Virus record (IMG/VR): IMGVR_UViG_3300044730_002040
Location: 11,795-75,794 of that record
Source: a virus
Taxonomy: Duplodnaviria; Caudoviricetes
DNA length: 64,000 nt
Reading direction: 5' to 3' (one strand)
This document shows, in pieces, positions 9,593 to 20,330 of the stretch. The translations under genes and the position numbers were made by a program. The notes under the pieces are model-generated. The model saw nothing but the letters and a program-made list of their open reading frames with translations, made no database searches and was not told where the DNA came from. The stretch's first letter is position 1, and every line of letters starts with the position of its first letter.

Positions 9593-10860
9593 TAACTTAC
9601 GTGATTGTGGTTTAGTTGTCCCGTTAATCTATCACACCAACCTTTTGATTCAGAGTGAGGCCACACCACCCAATACTTTGGAAGAACGTCAGTTTGAAAT
9701 TCTCTCCATATCTTACAGTATTTGTCTGGGTCATTCATCATTCTGGCAATCTCGTTTTTATCCGCATCTTTTCTAAATAATGTTTCATCGTTCGGTCCGT
9801 GGAACGCAACTACCCAAAAATCATAATCCTTTTCAGGAACACTAGAATATCCAACATCAATACAATGTTTATAAACTGATGCAAAATCTTTTTTCCAAGC
9901 CTCTTCGTTTTCATAGTTATATGGATTTGGAGGATAATTTTTATCCAAAGTATATCTTTGAACCGCTCTTTTCTCAAACAACAAACCCGAATATTTTTCG
10001 TAATCTCTTAAGGTTCTTACAGTTCCAAATCCGTACGGACCATCATGACCTTCTTGTGTTTCACCATCCATACCGAAAAGTTTTCTATTGGTCAGATGTG
10101 AATGTCTATTTTTTTCACCCCAAGTTTTATCATCATCCCATTGTTTAGTTCTACCTTTACGAGTGTACTCATGGTATACAACAGGAATGTGTGGATGGAA
10201 TAAGTCGTATCCCCACGTGTAAGCTCTCGCCGCTATTGAAATCTCTTCGCCATGAAAATAATATTCAGGATTGTGTTGAACTTCTTTGGAGAACTCACCC
10301 AAAGTGAAGCAAAAGTGTGCCGAGTAAAATCTTGCAGTTACAGGTTTTGTCATTTCTCTCCAACCTGGTATTGTTTCGGGCAAAAAGAAAACAGCCCCTT
10401 CAGGGATAAATCTATCGAATACCATTCTCCATGCATCTTTTGCTCTCCCTGCGGGGTCGTTGTCAGGGTCAAAGGAAGGTACGTAACCCGTAAGTAGAGG
10501 TTTTTTGTACCCGTCCTTTTGTAGACCCTTAATCATTTTTATTAAAGTATCATCCCAATCCTTTTCAAATCTCATATGAGAATCGATTTGCATTGTATAC
10601 TTTTCATTTTTATAAAGTTGTTGAACTAAGTGTCTTGCCCAACAAACACCCTTGGCTTCTTGGTATGGGATATTCAAAATTCTGAATCTTTTATCATCTT
10701 TCCATTCATCCAAGTTATCAAAACCATCAGTTTCAGAATATTGTCTTGCAATACCTATGACAAGGTTTTCAGGTTTTTTGGCATTTGCCAACATATCTTT
10801 AATTGTTGGAACAAGCTGTGGGTCTCTGTAAGATGCGATTTGAATAAAAATTTTGTTCAT
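9592..10860 (-). CDS. GT60 family polypeptide alpha-GlcNAc-transferase-like protein
   Basis: IFIQIASYRD, GVCWARH, QIDSHMRF..DWD, GEEISIAARAYTWGYD match the Dictyostelium Gnt1/Gnt2 and Trypanosoma OGNT family; start moved to ATG 10860. Confidence 0.85.
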   Translation of the reverse strand: MNKIFIQIASYRDPQLVPTIKDMLANAKKPENLVIGIARQYSETDGFDNLDEWKDDKRFRILNIPYQEAKGVCWARHLVQQLYKNEKYTMQIDSHMRFEKDWDDTLIKMIKGLQKDGYKKPLLTGYVPSFDPDNDPAGRAKDAWRMVFDRFIPEGAVFFLPETIPGWREMTKPVTARFYSAHFCFTLGEFSKEVQHNPEYYFHGEEISIAARAYTWGYDLFHPHIPVVYHEYTRKGRTKQWDDDKTWGEKNRHSHLTNRKLFGMDGETQEGHDGPYGFGTVRTLRDYEKYSGLLFEKRAVQRYTLDKNYPPNPYNYENEEAWKKDFASVYKHCIDVGYSSVPEKDYDFWVVAFHGPNDETLFRKDADKNEIARMMNDPDKYCKIWREFQTDVLPKYWVVWPHSESKGWCDRLTGQLNHNHVS

Positions 10861-10882
10861 GAAATATATTTTGTATAAAAAT

Positions 10883-10911
10883 AAAAAACCCTCCACAAAA
10901 GTAGAGGGTTT
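10883..10911 (-). terminator. Rho-independent terminator
   Basis: minus strand AAACCCTCTAC-TTTT-GTGGAGGGTTTTTT downstream of the 10936 gene. Confidence 0.75.
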
Positions 10912-10935
10912 AAAAGAAATTAGTTTTTGTATTAA

Positions 10936-12669
10936 TTAGTCCGTAATATCCAATTGCACTACGTCGTTAGTATATACAGGTACACCTCCACTACTTAAAG
11001 CAATAGCTATTGAACCAGTAGAAGTTCCTGAGTATATGAATATACTATTGTTGTAAACCGCGTAATTATAGGTACTTGAACCACTAACAGCAGCAACAGG
11101 ATTTGTATCAGTTGTTGGATGATTTCCACTTAAGGTTTGACCACTCAAAACAGGGAATGGAATTGATTGAAAATTAAGACTTATCGGTCCTGAATCATCA
11201 CTGAAACCATCAATCTGAACATCAGTTGTTGCATTGTTATTAAAAATTAAATTAATTGGAAGCGTTGATGTAGGTGTTGGAGTTGAAGTTTGTGTTGGAG
11301 TTTGTGTATTTGTTGGTGTTTGTGTTGGAGTTTGTGTATTTGTTGAAGTTTGTGTTGGAGTTTGTGTATTTGTTGGTGTTTGTGTTGGAGTTTGTGTTGG
11401 TAATCCTGAGCAACCATTAGGGTCACTACTTGTAATCAATCCTGAACCACCAGTCACCAAATACCAAGCGGTTCCATTTGAATAGTAACCATCAGCGACT
11501 GTGTTTGTTGGAGGATTACCAGCTGTTTGATACAAAGCTTCACCGATATTAGGACCAATGCCACCTGAAACTGAACCATAAACTGTATTTGGTGATGATG
11601 TAAAGTTATCACAAGCATCATTAGGTGTTGCACCTGAACCTAAAGTATATTCATAATATCCACGAGTTGCCGTCGGTGTTGTTGTTGGAGTAGGTGTTGG
11701 TGTTTCTGTAGTTGTTGTAGTTGGAGTAGGTGTTGGAGTTGGTATAACCGCACAACTATCCATTCCCCCCACTTGAGAACCGTAAGTATCTATTTCAGTC
11801 ACTATACTACTGTTAACATAGAATCCTGCAGTGAATCCTGTTGTACCTATATCATCTAAGTAAAACTGTGTACAATCATTGAATATAGAAAAATTTCCCC
11901 AAATTGTTCCTACAGTTCCTGAAGCACAAGCCTCATTTGCTGTTGAGCCTGAGCCAACAGGAAATGCAAATATCACAGGGGTGGGTGTCGGAGAAGAAGT
12001 TTGTGTTGGGGTATTAGTGTTTGTAGGTGTGTTTGTAGGAGTTTGAGTATTAGTAGGTGTTGGTGTTGGACCACAAGTCCCGTAAACCTCTATAGTTGCA
12101 CCTGTAATACAACCAACGGAACAACCGCTACTTACTAAGTAAATAATTCCATCTTCTGTGTAGTAACCCTCAGGATTTCCAGTATTAGGTCCGAATTGGT
12201 CTGACCAAACTAAAGTTGAATCCGCCAAACTAGTTCCGTTTACAAAAATTGTAGCAGTTCCAGGACAGTTACAAATTGAACCAAAATTAAACGCACTATG
12301 ACAAACATTTGATAAAGTTGTTCTTAGAATATTTGTTGGTGTGGGTGTTTGGGTGGTTGTTGGTGTATTAGTTTGTGTTGGTGTGTTTGTATTAGTCGGC
12401 GTATTGGTTGGTGTTGGAGTCTTTGTTGGAGTAGCGGAGGCCGTAATACTTGGAGTTGAAGTTACAGTAAGAGATGGGAATTCACCCTCATCTACAACTA
12501 CGATTCTCGGGAATGCCGATGAATAAGTATTGTTTAACAACCAAATGTTTTTTACTTCATTTGGTAATAATTCCACTTGGTATTGCCACAGTGCATCATC
12601 ACATCTTTGATAATTGAATGTGACGATTGTGGTTCCTGTATTTGTTAGATTATATTTACTGCACGCCAT
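10936..12669 (-). CDS. mucin-like virion protein: Cys-bracketed modules joined by Thr/Pro linkers
   Basis: Five TPT(N/Q)T-type tracts separating small beta-rich domains; no signal peptide; late motif upstream. Confidence 0.75.
   Translation of the reverse strand: MACSKYNLTNTGTTIVTFNYQRCDDALWQYQVELLPNEVKNIWLLNNTYSSAFPRIVVVDEGEFPSLTVTSTPSITASATPTKTPTPTNTPTNTNTPTQTNTPTTTQTPTPTNILRTTLSNVCHSAFNFGSICNCPGTATIFVNGTSLADSTLVWSDQFGPNTGNPEGYYTEDGIIYLVSSGCSVGCITGATIEVYGTCGPTPTPTNTQTPTNTPTNTNTPTQTSSPTPTPVIFAFPVGSGSTANEACASGTVGTIWGNFSIFNDCTQFYLDDIGTTGFTAGFYVNSSIVTEIDTYGSQVGGMDSCAVIPTPTPTPTTTTTETPTPTPTTTPTATRGYYEYTLGSGATPNDACDNFTSSPNTVYGSVSGGIGPNIGEALYQTAGNPPTNTVADGYYSNGTAWYLVTGGSGLITSSDPNGCSGLPTQTPTQTPTNTQTPTQTSTNTQTPTQTPTNTQTPTQTSTPTPTSTLPINLIFNNNATTDVQIDGFSDDSGPISLNFQSIPFPVLSGQTLSGNHPTTDTNPVAAVSGSSTYNYAVYNNSIFIYSGTSTGSIAIALSSGGVPVYTNDVVQLDITD
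11282..11400. repeat. tandem ~30/60-bp coding repeat ([10 protein letters not shown])
   Basis: 11282-11337 identical to 11342-11397. Confidence 0.85.
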
Positions 12670-12684
12670 TTTAAATCTTTTTTA

Positions 12685-12692
12685 TATAAATA
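12685..12692 (-). promoter_or_regulatory. candidate late promoter TATTTATA
   Basis: upstream of the mucin-like gene (start 12669). Confidence 0.65.
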
Positions 12693-12730
12693 CTTGTCCT
12701 CGAAGAAAAATTTTTCTTTTTTCAATTAAC

Positions 12731-13258
12731 TTATGGACAAATTCCAATGTTCACAACCAAACCTGTCAGTAGGTCGATTTGTATCCATGTATTACCATCG
12801 GTAATTGTCATTTGAGCTCCGATTGGAGGTATTGTACAAAGAGGATTTCCATATACATAATCACCTGCCACAAGTTCAGGGAATGGGATAAATGAATAAA
12901 TTGTAACATTTGAAGGTCCATAACCGGCCTCATCACAGGCGTTATTCCAAACAGAATCTGTCCAAAGATTATCCATATAAACCAAAGCCGGTGTCGGTGT
13001 AGGTGTTGGGTGAGGTGTAGGTGTGATTGGAGGTGTAACTGTTGGTGTAGGGGTAGGACCAGGAATTACAACAGTATAAGTGTATTTGCAACTTGGCAAA
13101 TAACAATAGAATGTTCCGTAGACATAATCGGACTCATAGGTAAAAGGAAAAACTTTTTCACCAAGTGTAATTGTTCCCCCCGAATCAGGCATGAAAACTA
13201 CATTAGTGAGTTGTCCACTAAAATTGATACTTGATATAGTTACACCACAATCTGACAT
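12731..13258 (-). CDS. small Thr/Pro-linker virion protein
   Basis: Two small domains joined by PTPTPTVTPPITPTPHPTPTPTP. Confidence 0.65.
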   Translation of the reverse strand: MSDCGVTISSINFSGQLTNVVFMPDSGGTITLGEKVFPFTYESDYVYGTFYCYLPSCKYTYTVVIPGPTPTPTVTPPITPTPHPTPTPTPALVYMDNLWTDSVWNNACDEAGYGPSNVTIYSFIPFPELVAGDYVYGNPLCTIPPIGAQMTITDGNTWIQIDLLTGLVVNIGICP

Positions 13259-13259
13259 T

Positions 13260-14465
13260 TTAAACTTGTGTTACTGTAACAATTATTGATGGTGTTGCAG
13301 GTTTTGCATATGGTGTTGTTTGTATTGGTTCACCTAACAACTCATATGTGGTATCCGCTGACGCCCAAACAATTTCCAAATATTCATTAGCATTCAACTG
13401 TTCCAAAATATTCCACGCAGCAACCAACTTTCCTGTCGAACCTTGTTTTGGAACTTGCATTTCAGTGTTTGAATTTGGTAAGTCAACACCATTTTTTCTA
13501 AACCAAATTGCAATTTCGTCTGTTCCGCTTGAGGTTTTATTAAGTTGTGATGAAAATTGTAAATTGTAAATTCCAGAGTTTAATACCACAAATTTTGTTC
13601 CTCCACTTAATACCACACCACTTGATAATGATGAAGTGTTTGCACTCATGACTTGTGGAGTGTTAGCTGCCGCTAATGGCTGTGTTTCAGTGTCATAAAA
13701 CGCCCCATAAGATTTGGTGGTTCCCGTTGCAGAAGTCCCAGATGTTCCTGATGAACCTGACGTTCCAGTTGAACCAGATGTTCCTGAAGAGCCTGAACTA
13801 CCATCTGTACCTGAAGTTCCTGAAGAACCATCTGTACCACTTGTTCCTGAAGAACCATCTGTACCTGAAGAACCGCTTGTTCCTGAGCTACCATCTGTAC
13901 CTGAAGTTCCTGATGAACCATCTATTCCACTTGTTCCTGAACTACCATCTATACCTGAAGTTCCACTTGAGCCATCTGTTCCACTTGTTCCTGAACTTCC
14001 ATCTATACCTGAAGTACCTGATGAACCATCTATTCCACTTGTTCCTGAACTACCATCTATACCTGAAGTTCCACTTGAGCCATCTGTTCCACTTGTTCCT
14101 GAACTACCATCTATACCTGAAGTTCCACTAGTTCCTGATGAACCATCTGTCCCACTAGTTCCTGAACTTCCATCTATACCTGAAGTACCTGATGAACCAT
14201 CTATACCACTAGTTCCCGAACTACCATCCGTTCCACTTGAACCAGAAGTTCCTGATGAACCGTCTATTCCACTTGTACCAGAACTACCATCTATTCCGCT
14301 AGTTCCACTTGTTCCTGTTGAACCTGAAAATTGTTCTGTTAATGATGAGAAATATATTTTATTTGTAATACCTGATGGGTCAACATCGTAGTTTACAATC
14401 GCCATCCAAGATTCAGGTTGTCCTGACGTTGCTAATGGTAATTGGGATATCGGTAAATTTGGCAT
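13260..14465 (-). CDS. collagen-like (Gly-X-Y) fibre protein with C1q/BclA-C-like head
   Basis: 66 uninterrupted Gly-X-Y triplets; C-terminal YGAFYD...SGIYNLQFSSQL...WFRKNG trimer-type domain; N-terminal ISQLP. Confidence 0.8.
   Translation of the reverse strand: MPNLPISQLPLATSGQPESWMAIVNYDVDPSGITNKIYFSSLTEQFSGSTGTSGTSGIDGSSGTSGIDGSSGTSGSSGTDGSSGTSGIDGSSGTSGIDGSSGTSGTDGSSGTSGTSGIDGSSGTSGTDGSSGTSGIDGSSGTSGIDGSSGTSGIDGSSGTSGTDGSSGTSGIDGSSGTSGIDGSSGTSGTDGSSGTSGSSGTDGSSGTSGTDGSSGTSGTDGSSGSSGTSGSTGTSGSSGTSGTSATGTTKSYGAFYDTETQPLAAANTPQVMSANTSSLSSGVVLSGGTKFVVLNSGIYNLQFSSQLNKTSSGTDEIAIWFRKNGVDLPNSNTEMQVPKQGSTGKLVAAWNILEQLNANEYLEIVWASADTTYELLGEPIQTTPYAKPATPSIIVTVTQV
13731..14324 (-). repeat. Gly-X-Y coding repeat (GSS-GTS-GID/GTD)n
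   Basis: 9/27-bp periodic tract with a near-identical block repeated at 108-bp spacing (from about 13921 and 14029). Confidence 0.9.
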
Positions 14466-14477
14466 TTTGTTTTATTT

Positions 14478-14485
14478 TATAAATA
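14478..14485 (-). promoter_or_regulatory. candidate late promoter TATTTATA
   Basis: upstream of the collagen-like gene. Confidence 0.65.
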
Positions 14486-14510
14486 TGTTTTTATAGTCCG
14501 TATTTTGATT

Positions 14511-15023
14511 TTAACTTATTTTAATATATCCGTAATCAACCGTAACGTTTGAACCTGTATTGTTTTGAATACCGAATACAAATGTATTAGTTGTTGTGCC
14601 TACAGCTGGTGAAGCGGTGGATATTGCACCCGCAGTTCCTATAATCTGTACAGGTATACTTGTAAACAATATTGGACTACCCCCACCAGTATAATTCCAT
14701 GCATACTGAACACCGATTACGGGTACATTAAGATTACTTATACTTACTGTAGCATTATAAACTATTATACCATTTGGTATATTTCCCTGAACCCATAAGT
14801 TATATGTGTTTCTGTCAGCAACTGTAAAACTGTAGTTATTAGTCCCTGGAGTCACCGTCCAACTTCCTGAGACTGGTGATACCACATTTGTTGAATATCC
14901 ACTAAATAATGTTTCTTTAGCCACCTTAAATGATTCCGTATTACCACTATTGTTCATAACAATAAACGACCCATTAGTATTTCCCGTAAATGTTGGTAAT
15001 TGACTTATTTTTGTGTTTGCCAT
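14511..15023 (-). CDS. putative fibre/spike protein
   Basis: N-terminal MANTKISQLP, beta-rich Thr/Ser/Gly composition, in the structural operon. Confidence 0.55.
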   Translation of the reverse strand: MANTKISQLPTFTGNTNGSFIVMNNSGNTESFKVAKETLFSGYSTNVVSPVSGSWTVTPGTNNYSFTVADRNTYNLWVQGNIPNGIIVYNATVSISNLNVPVIGVQYAWNYTGGGSPILFTSIPVQIIGTAGAISTASPAVGTTTNTFVFGIQNNTGSNVTVDYGYIKIS

Positions 15024-15044
15024 TTTATTTTATATTAATTTTTT

Positions 15045-18000
15045 TTATAGTTCATATTTGGATTTATCTGCATTGAAGTTTTGTAAAACTTGTGCAGAAG
15101 TTAATGATGTATCATACATTCTTATAATTCCAACAGTTCCTTTGAATGGAACTTGTAATCCTCCAGTTCCTGACGCAACTCTTCCTGCAATACCAACGGG
15201 ACTCGTATTACTTACTTGTCCCACACCAACTAAACTTGTAGTTCCGCCAGATACACCATCTCTATAAACTGTTAGAGTGTCACCAACGAAATCAAATACC
15301 GCAACTAGTTGTTTCCAAGTATTGACAGGGAATCCTGTCACACTAACTTGAGGGAAGTTAGTACCGTCGTAAGCCGCCACTAACATACTACTTGCACCTT
15401 CATTAAATCTAATTGTGTAGGGGTACCTTGGTTCATTGTTTAAGTTCCATTTCTCCAACAATTCAGCCTCACCTGCGTTAGGTTGACCATTTGCAGGATT
15501 GAACCATATCTCAACCGTATATTGTTGAGAATTTGTGAAGTTTGTTACACCATTCACACTTGGTATTCTACCATAAGATGAAGTTCCGTTAAAAGTAAAT
15601 CCACTTAATATATTGTATGTTGGACTTCCTGATAGAGTGGCGTCAGTTGTTCCAACAGTTGTATCCCAAACATTTCCTGAACCAACATAACTACTTGGTA
15701 ATAATTGTAGTTGTAAGTTTGTTGTAACAATATTAGGTGTTGCGGATGGTGTTTGAGTTTGAGTAACTGTTGGTGTTACTGTTGGCGTACTTGTTGTTGT
15801 AGGTGTAGGTGTTGGTTCCACAAATCTTGGAGCCAAGTAATTGTATTGTTGTGTTATTTCAGCAAGGTTTAATTGTCTGTTATAGAAATACATGTTAGCA
15901 ACATGTCCCCAAGGTTGACCCGCCGTATCATTATTACCCCATCCCCAATGTGTGGTTCCACCAGCACCCGCACTGATTGTGATACCCACTTGGGAACCAT
16001 TTATGTAGAATGTTTGAGATGTATTTGTTCCAACTACAGCATACTGAACCCAAACTTCAGCTGAAGATGCAACATCATATCCCGAACTTTTGAAAGAAGT
16101 ATCCCAATATCCTAATGTGTTTGATGCGTTAGGGATTGTAATTGGTGTGTATTTTGGCGAGTTTGTGTAAAGTAATGTTCTAAATCCAGCAGTACTAGGT
16201 ATTAATCTTGCCCAAGTAATATATGTGTATCCTGAGTTGGGTAACGTAGGTCCTGTTAAGTTGTAATTAACTCTATTATTTCCTGTCGTACAATCAAAAC
16301 ATTTTATACCATTAAGAACTGTGTAAGTTGCACCGATTAATGTATGGTTGTATCCACCTGTGATATCAAAAACAGTTGTTCCTCCAGAATAACTCGAACT
16401 CTCATAAGCGTCAAGTTGAATAACCAATCCTGAAGTTACAATATTATTTGGTGTTGTAGATGGTGTTGGTGTTAATGTTCCTGTATTGGTATTTGTTGGC
16501 GTTTGAGTCTGGGTAGGTGTCTCTGTGTTAGTAGGTGTTACAGTATTAGTTACCGTTGGCGTTTGTGTCGGAGTTTCCGTATTTGTTGGTGTTGGTGATG
16601 GAATAATATCAATTTGAATATTATCATCATTTTCCGCAGTTGCAACTGAGTTATCTTCAAACAGTAAGAAATCTAAATCAGGTAAAGTTGGGGTCGGAGT
16701 GTTAGTTGTTGTTGGTGTTGAAGTAATAATTGGTGTTTCAGTTGGGGTATTAGTAGGAGTATTGGTAGGAGTTTCACTTGGTGTATTTGTAGGCGTTTCA
16801 GTGTTAGTAGGGGTGTTAGTAGGAGTTGCAGTTTGAGTGGGAGATGGTGATGCAACTTGTATTAAAATACCAAATCCATCCTCTTGTAAAATCATAAAAT
16901 AATCTTCCTGTAACAAGAAATTATCGTCAGGTAATGTTGGTGTTGGTGTAGGCGTTTCTGTGTTTGTCGGTGTGTTTGTTGGGGTTTGAGTTGGTTCTGC
17001 AGTCACTGAAGGCGTAGGCGTCTCAGTGTTTGTAGGCGTTAATGTTGGTGTGGGCGTAGTTGTAGACTCAGGGGTTTGAGTTGGAGTCTGAGTTGGAGTT
17101 TCTGTTGGAGTCTGTGTTGCAGTCTCACTTGGTGTTTGAGTTATTGTTTCTGTAGGCGTAAATGTAGGAGTCTGAGTTGGAGTTTCAGAATTAGTAGGAG
17201 TCTGAGTTATAGTCTCCGTAGGAGTCTGAGTTGGAGTATCAGTAATAGTAGGTGTGTTCGTCGGGGTTGGTGTTTCAGTTGGAGTTTCAGTAGGTGTAGG
17301 GGTGCTTGTTTCAGTAGGGGTTGATGTGGAACCAACCGTTGCAGTGGTAGATGGCGTGGCGGTTTGAGTGGGTGTTTCAGTTGGAGTTTGTGTTGATGTC
17401 TCCGTGTTTGTAGGTGTTGCGGTTTGTGTTGGTGTCTCTGTATTTGTAGGAGTCTGTGTTTGGGTAGGAGTTTCAGTCTGAGTAGGTGTTTCAGTTTGAG
17501 TGGGTGTTTCAGTTGGAGTTGAAGTCTGAGTTTGTGTTGGTGTTTCTGTAGGGGTTGGTGTCTCTGTATTGGTAGGAGTCTGTGTTTGGGTAGGTGTCTC
17601 GGTCTGAGTAGGAGTTTCAGTAGGAGTTTGTGTGGCTGTTTCAGTATTCGTTGGAGTAGAGGTATTTGTTGGAGTCTGTGTTGGACACAATGAGAATGCA
17701 CCAATTGTGAAACCATCAGAATCCAATTCAATAACAACATCGTTATATGAATAATAACCAGTTAAATCCACAGTATTTGGACCTGATATTGAATCAAAAA
17801 ACTGAACGTTTTCATCAAAAACTGGTTTATCACCCCATATTGTTCCCGTGTCAAGACACAAACATGCATCACTTAACGAAGTCCCTGAACAAACATTAAA
17901 TTGAAATCTCAAATTAGTTGGTGTAGGTGTTGATGTCGTAGTATTTGTTGGAGTGTTTGTTGGAGTTTCAGTGTTCGTCGGAGTTTGTGTTGGTGTCTCA

Positions 18001-20279
18001 GTTGGTGTAGGTGTTGAAGTTTGCGTGAAAGAAGGCGTTGGTGTTTGAGTTGTACATAACGAGTACGGACTTATTGTTACACCACTTGAATTAAGTTCAA
18101 CAACAACATTATTGTAAGCAAAATAACCTGTCAGGTCTGTGGTGTTAGGTCCGAACACGGAATCATAAAATTCTATATTGTCATCAAAATTTGGTTTATC
18201 ACCCCATATTGTGCCTGTGTCAGTACAATTGCAGGCATCGTAAGATGTGACCCCTGAACAAACAATGAATTGTGTTCTTAGATTTGTTGGTGTGGGTGTT
18301 ATTGTGTTAGTTGGTGTTACGGTTTGTGTTGGCGTGTTTGATGGTGTATTTGTTGGAGTTGATGTTTGTGTTGGTGTTGGGCATGGGTAGAAAGAATATG
18401 TTAAATCGTTTGGAGGACAATCAATTACACAAACAACACAATTAGGGTCTAATAGTTGGTATCTTTGTTTTAACAATCTAAAATTGTGGGCAACCTCAGA
18501 GGCATCCAACGGCTCGGTATACATTCTAAAGGCACTTATATCCCCTATGAAACTGCCCCCGAATATTTCTTCCAATTTTATCTCAGTGGTCAACCCTGAA
18601 TAAATTGTATGTGTTAAGTCTTCAGTTGTAAGACACTCAGGGTCCTGTTGATAGGTCATTCCTGAAAGAGAAGGTGGACATCCACCAGATAAAGTAAGGT
18701 TGTCATGGAGACCTTGAGTACCTCCACCGAGAGAAATATTATACCCCACACCAATTTGTTTTTCTCTTGGTGTATTAAGAAGCCTTGGAATTATTTCCTC
18801 AAAATCAGGAATAATCATAAACGGTCTTCCGTTCACATAAATTATAAAATCACCTAATCTATATTTCTTTTCATCAAACCAAGAATCTTTGAAATGGACA
18901 ACTTCAGTTGTTGCGGGTTCAATATCGTCATGGGTTATCGGAGGTTCAATTAAACTCAATGTATTATTGGCTGTAGTAGCCGTATATTCTTTGGAAACAA
19001 TCAATCCTAAACCACCCAAGTCTCTCAAATCACATAATTCGAACCACTCTCTTCTTCTGAATACAGCATCTATTTGAACCCAATGTTCCGTTTCGGAGTA
19101 AGTGGTTCCGGTACAAAAATCAAATATACCCCTGGTTGAGCACCACTCAGTTACGGACGTTCCTGTATGATATGTTAATCCTGTCGTACAAGTTCCAGTG
19201 GTTTCACAACCTCCTGTAATAGTATAAACTTTAACACAAACTCTTGGGTTTCCTGTGTCTCCTGAAAGTCTTATAGACATAGCATTTGAAACACCATCAT
19301 AAAGTGGGTCTAATTCAGGTATCGAAGCATAAATTCCACAAGAGCAAGGACATCCACAATTACAATTTGTTGAGGTTACTCCTGAGGGTTGATAAACTGG
19401 TATACAACTATGAGAGTTTGAAATTCCTGATAAACCACACTCACAAGTATTCATGCAAGTGAGACCCGATGTAACCCTTGTGTATCCTGTATCTTGTTTC
19501 GGACTTCCATCAGCGTAGTGATAGAATTTGTTTTCGGCTCTTGCCCCCATGAAAAAGAAAGTACCTTTGTTATCGGGATATCGGTTATTGAGACCAATGT
19601 TGGTTGTACCTGTCCATCTATATCTCAACATAAATTCTGCAGACCATCCGAGATTAACTCTTTCAGGGAAAATCTGATATTCGTATCCGGCTAATTTGTA
19701 AAACCCTTGGAAAAATCCCCCTTGTAATCTTGCGAAATAACCTACTTCATCTCCATAGGTGGTGTAATCTAAATTATAGGTGTATGAGTTGTCGTTCCAA
19801 AGTCTGTTATTTGTTGTTGTAAAACCAGTGATAGGGTGCATTTTGAAACGTCTATCATACTTGTAACGACTAAACTTGTCATTTATATTTGTATAAAGTC
19901 CGGTTGTAATATCTATTGTCTCTCCTGATATTTGTTTTACAAGTCCGTTGTCAATACCAGTCAAACCTACATTACACAATGTTGATGCTGTTGGACAGAA
20001 ATTTGGGTCAATATCATCAGGGTTCCAATAGTTTTCTGATACTATTGTGTCGGAGTCAAAAGAACAAGTTGTTCTCTGACAAAGTGTTGTGGCTGAAGAA
20101 TCAAAATCAAACCTGAAAGGCATTACGTTTCCATCAGTTTGTCCAATGAGAAGCGGAGAAAAAACAACCTCTTGGTTGAATTCTCTTTCGTCAGTTGCCA
20201 GACATATATCTGAGATTTCTCTGACAGGAACTAAACCATATTTTCTGTAATTGTACTGTAGAATATTCTGATAAGCCAT
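15045..20279 (-). CDS. large mucin-like virion protein with LamG/ConA-like lectin domains
   Basis: Cys-rich N-domain ending [15 protein letters not shown]; two duplicated ~80-aa modules; ~250-aa Thr/Pro tract; two C-terminal LamG-like domains ([23 protein letters not shown]). Start moved to ATG 20279. Confidence 0.8.
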   Translation of the reverse strand: MAYQNILQYNYRKYGLVPVREISDICLATDEREFNQEVVFSPLLIGQTDGNVMPFRFDFDSSATTLCQRTTCSFDSDTIVSENYWNPDDIDPNFCPTASTLCNVGLTGIDNGLVKQISGETIDITTGLYTNINDKFSRYKYDRRFKMHPITGFTTTNNRLWNDNSYTYNLDYTTYGDEVGYFARLQGGFFQGFYKLAGYEYQIFPERVNLGWSAEFMLRYRWTGTTNIGLNNRYPDNKGTFFFMGARAENKFYHYADGSPKQDTGYTRVTSGLTCMNTCECGLSGISNSHSCIPVYQPSGVTSTNCNCGCPCSCGIYASIPELDPLYDGVSNAMSIRLSGDTGNPRVCVKVYTITGGCETTGTCTTGLTYHTGTSVTEWCSTRGIFDFCTGTTYSETEHWVQIDAVFRRREWFELCDLRDLGGLGLIVSKEYTATTANNTLSLIEPPITHDDIEPATTEVVHFKDSWFDEKKYRLGDFIIYVNGRPFMIIPDFEEIIPRLLNTPREKQIGVGYNISLGGGTQGLHDNLTLSGGCPPSLSGMTYQQDPECLTTEDLTHTIYSGLTTEIKLEEIFGGSFIGDISAFRMYTEPLDASEVAHNFRLLKQRYQLLDPNCVVCVIDCPPNDLTYSFYPCPTPTQTSTPTNTPSNTPTQTVTPTNTITPTPTNLRTQFIVCSGVTSYDACNCTDTGTIWGDKPNFDDNIEFYDSVFGPNTTDLTGYFAYNNVVVELNSSGVTISPYSLCTTQTPTPSFTQTSTPTPTETPTQTPTNTETPTNTPTNTTTSTPTPTNLRFQFNVCSGTSLSDACLCLDTGTIWGDKPVFDENVQFFDSISGPNTVDLTGYYSYNDVVIELDSDGFTIGAFSLCPTQTPTNTSTPTNTETATQTPTETPTQTETPTQTQTPTNTETPTPTETPTQTQTSTPTETPTQTETPTQTETPTQTQTPTNTETPTQTATPTNTETSTQTPTETPTQTATPSTTATVGSTSTPTETSTPTPTETPTETPTPTNTPTITDTPTQTPTETITQTPTNSETPTQTPTFTPTETITQTPSETATQTPTETPTQTPTQTPESTTTPTPTLTPTNTETPTPSVTAEPTQTPTNTPTNTETPTPTPTLPDDNFLLQEDYFMILQEDGFGILIQVASPSPTQTATPTNTPTNTETPTNTPSETPTNTPTNTPTETPIITSTPTTTNTPTPTLPDLDFLLFEDNSVATAENDDNIQIDIIPSPTPTNTETPTQTPTVTNTVTPTNTETPTQTQTPTNTNTGTLTPTPSTTPNNIVTSGLVIQLDAYESSSYSGGTTVFDITGGYNHTLIGATYTVLNGIKCFDCTTGNNRVNYNLTGPTLPNSGYTYITWARLIPSTAGFRTLLYTNSPKYTPITIPNASNTLGYWDTSFKSSGYDVASSAEVWVQYAVVGTNTSQTFYINGSQVGITISAGAGGTTHWGWGNNDTAGQPWGHVANMYFYNRQLNLAEITQQYNYLAPRFVEPTPTPTTTSTPTVTPTVTQTQTPSATPNIVTTNLQLQLLPSSYVGSGNVWDTTVGTTDATLSGSPTYNILSGFTFNGTSSYGRIPSVNGVTNFTNSQQYTVEIWFNPANGQPNAGEAELLEKWNLNNEPRYPYTIRFNEGASSMLVAAYDGTNFPQVSVTGFPVNTWKQLVAVFDFVGDTLTVYRDGVSGGTTSLVGVGQVSNTSPVGIAGRVASGTGGLQVPFKGTVGIIRMYDTSLTSAQVLQNFNADKSKYEL
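16935..17685 (-). repeat. long Thr/Pro low-complexity coding repeat (TPTETPTQT)
   Basis: degenerate 6/12/18-bp repeats encoding about 250 aa dominated by T and P. Confidence 0.9.
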
Positions 20280-20288
20280 AAACTTATG

Positions 20289-20315
20289 ATAAATACTTTG
20301 TGAGATAGTATTTAT
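20289..20315. promoter_or_regulatory. divergent pair of TATTTAT motifs
   Basis: minus-strand copy 20289-20295 before start 20279; plus-strand copy 20309-20315 before start 20331. Confidence 0.65.
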
Positions 20316-20330
20316 GTATAAAGAATTTGT

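Noticed and set aside
11234-11485. Val/Gly/Cys-rich + strand ORFs (also 12341, 17076, 62053)
   Set aside because: Reverse-complement shadows of Thr/Pro repeats.
13714-14391. 225-aa Pro/Glu-rich + strand ORF and other ORFs over the collagen tract
   Set aside because: Antisense or alternative-frame shadows of the Gly-X-Y repeat; no independent start context.
15045-16445. Diversity-generating retroelement targeting the lectin domains
   Set aside because: No reverse transcriptase and no template/variable repeat pair differing only at adenines seen in the window.
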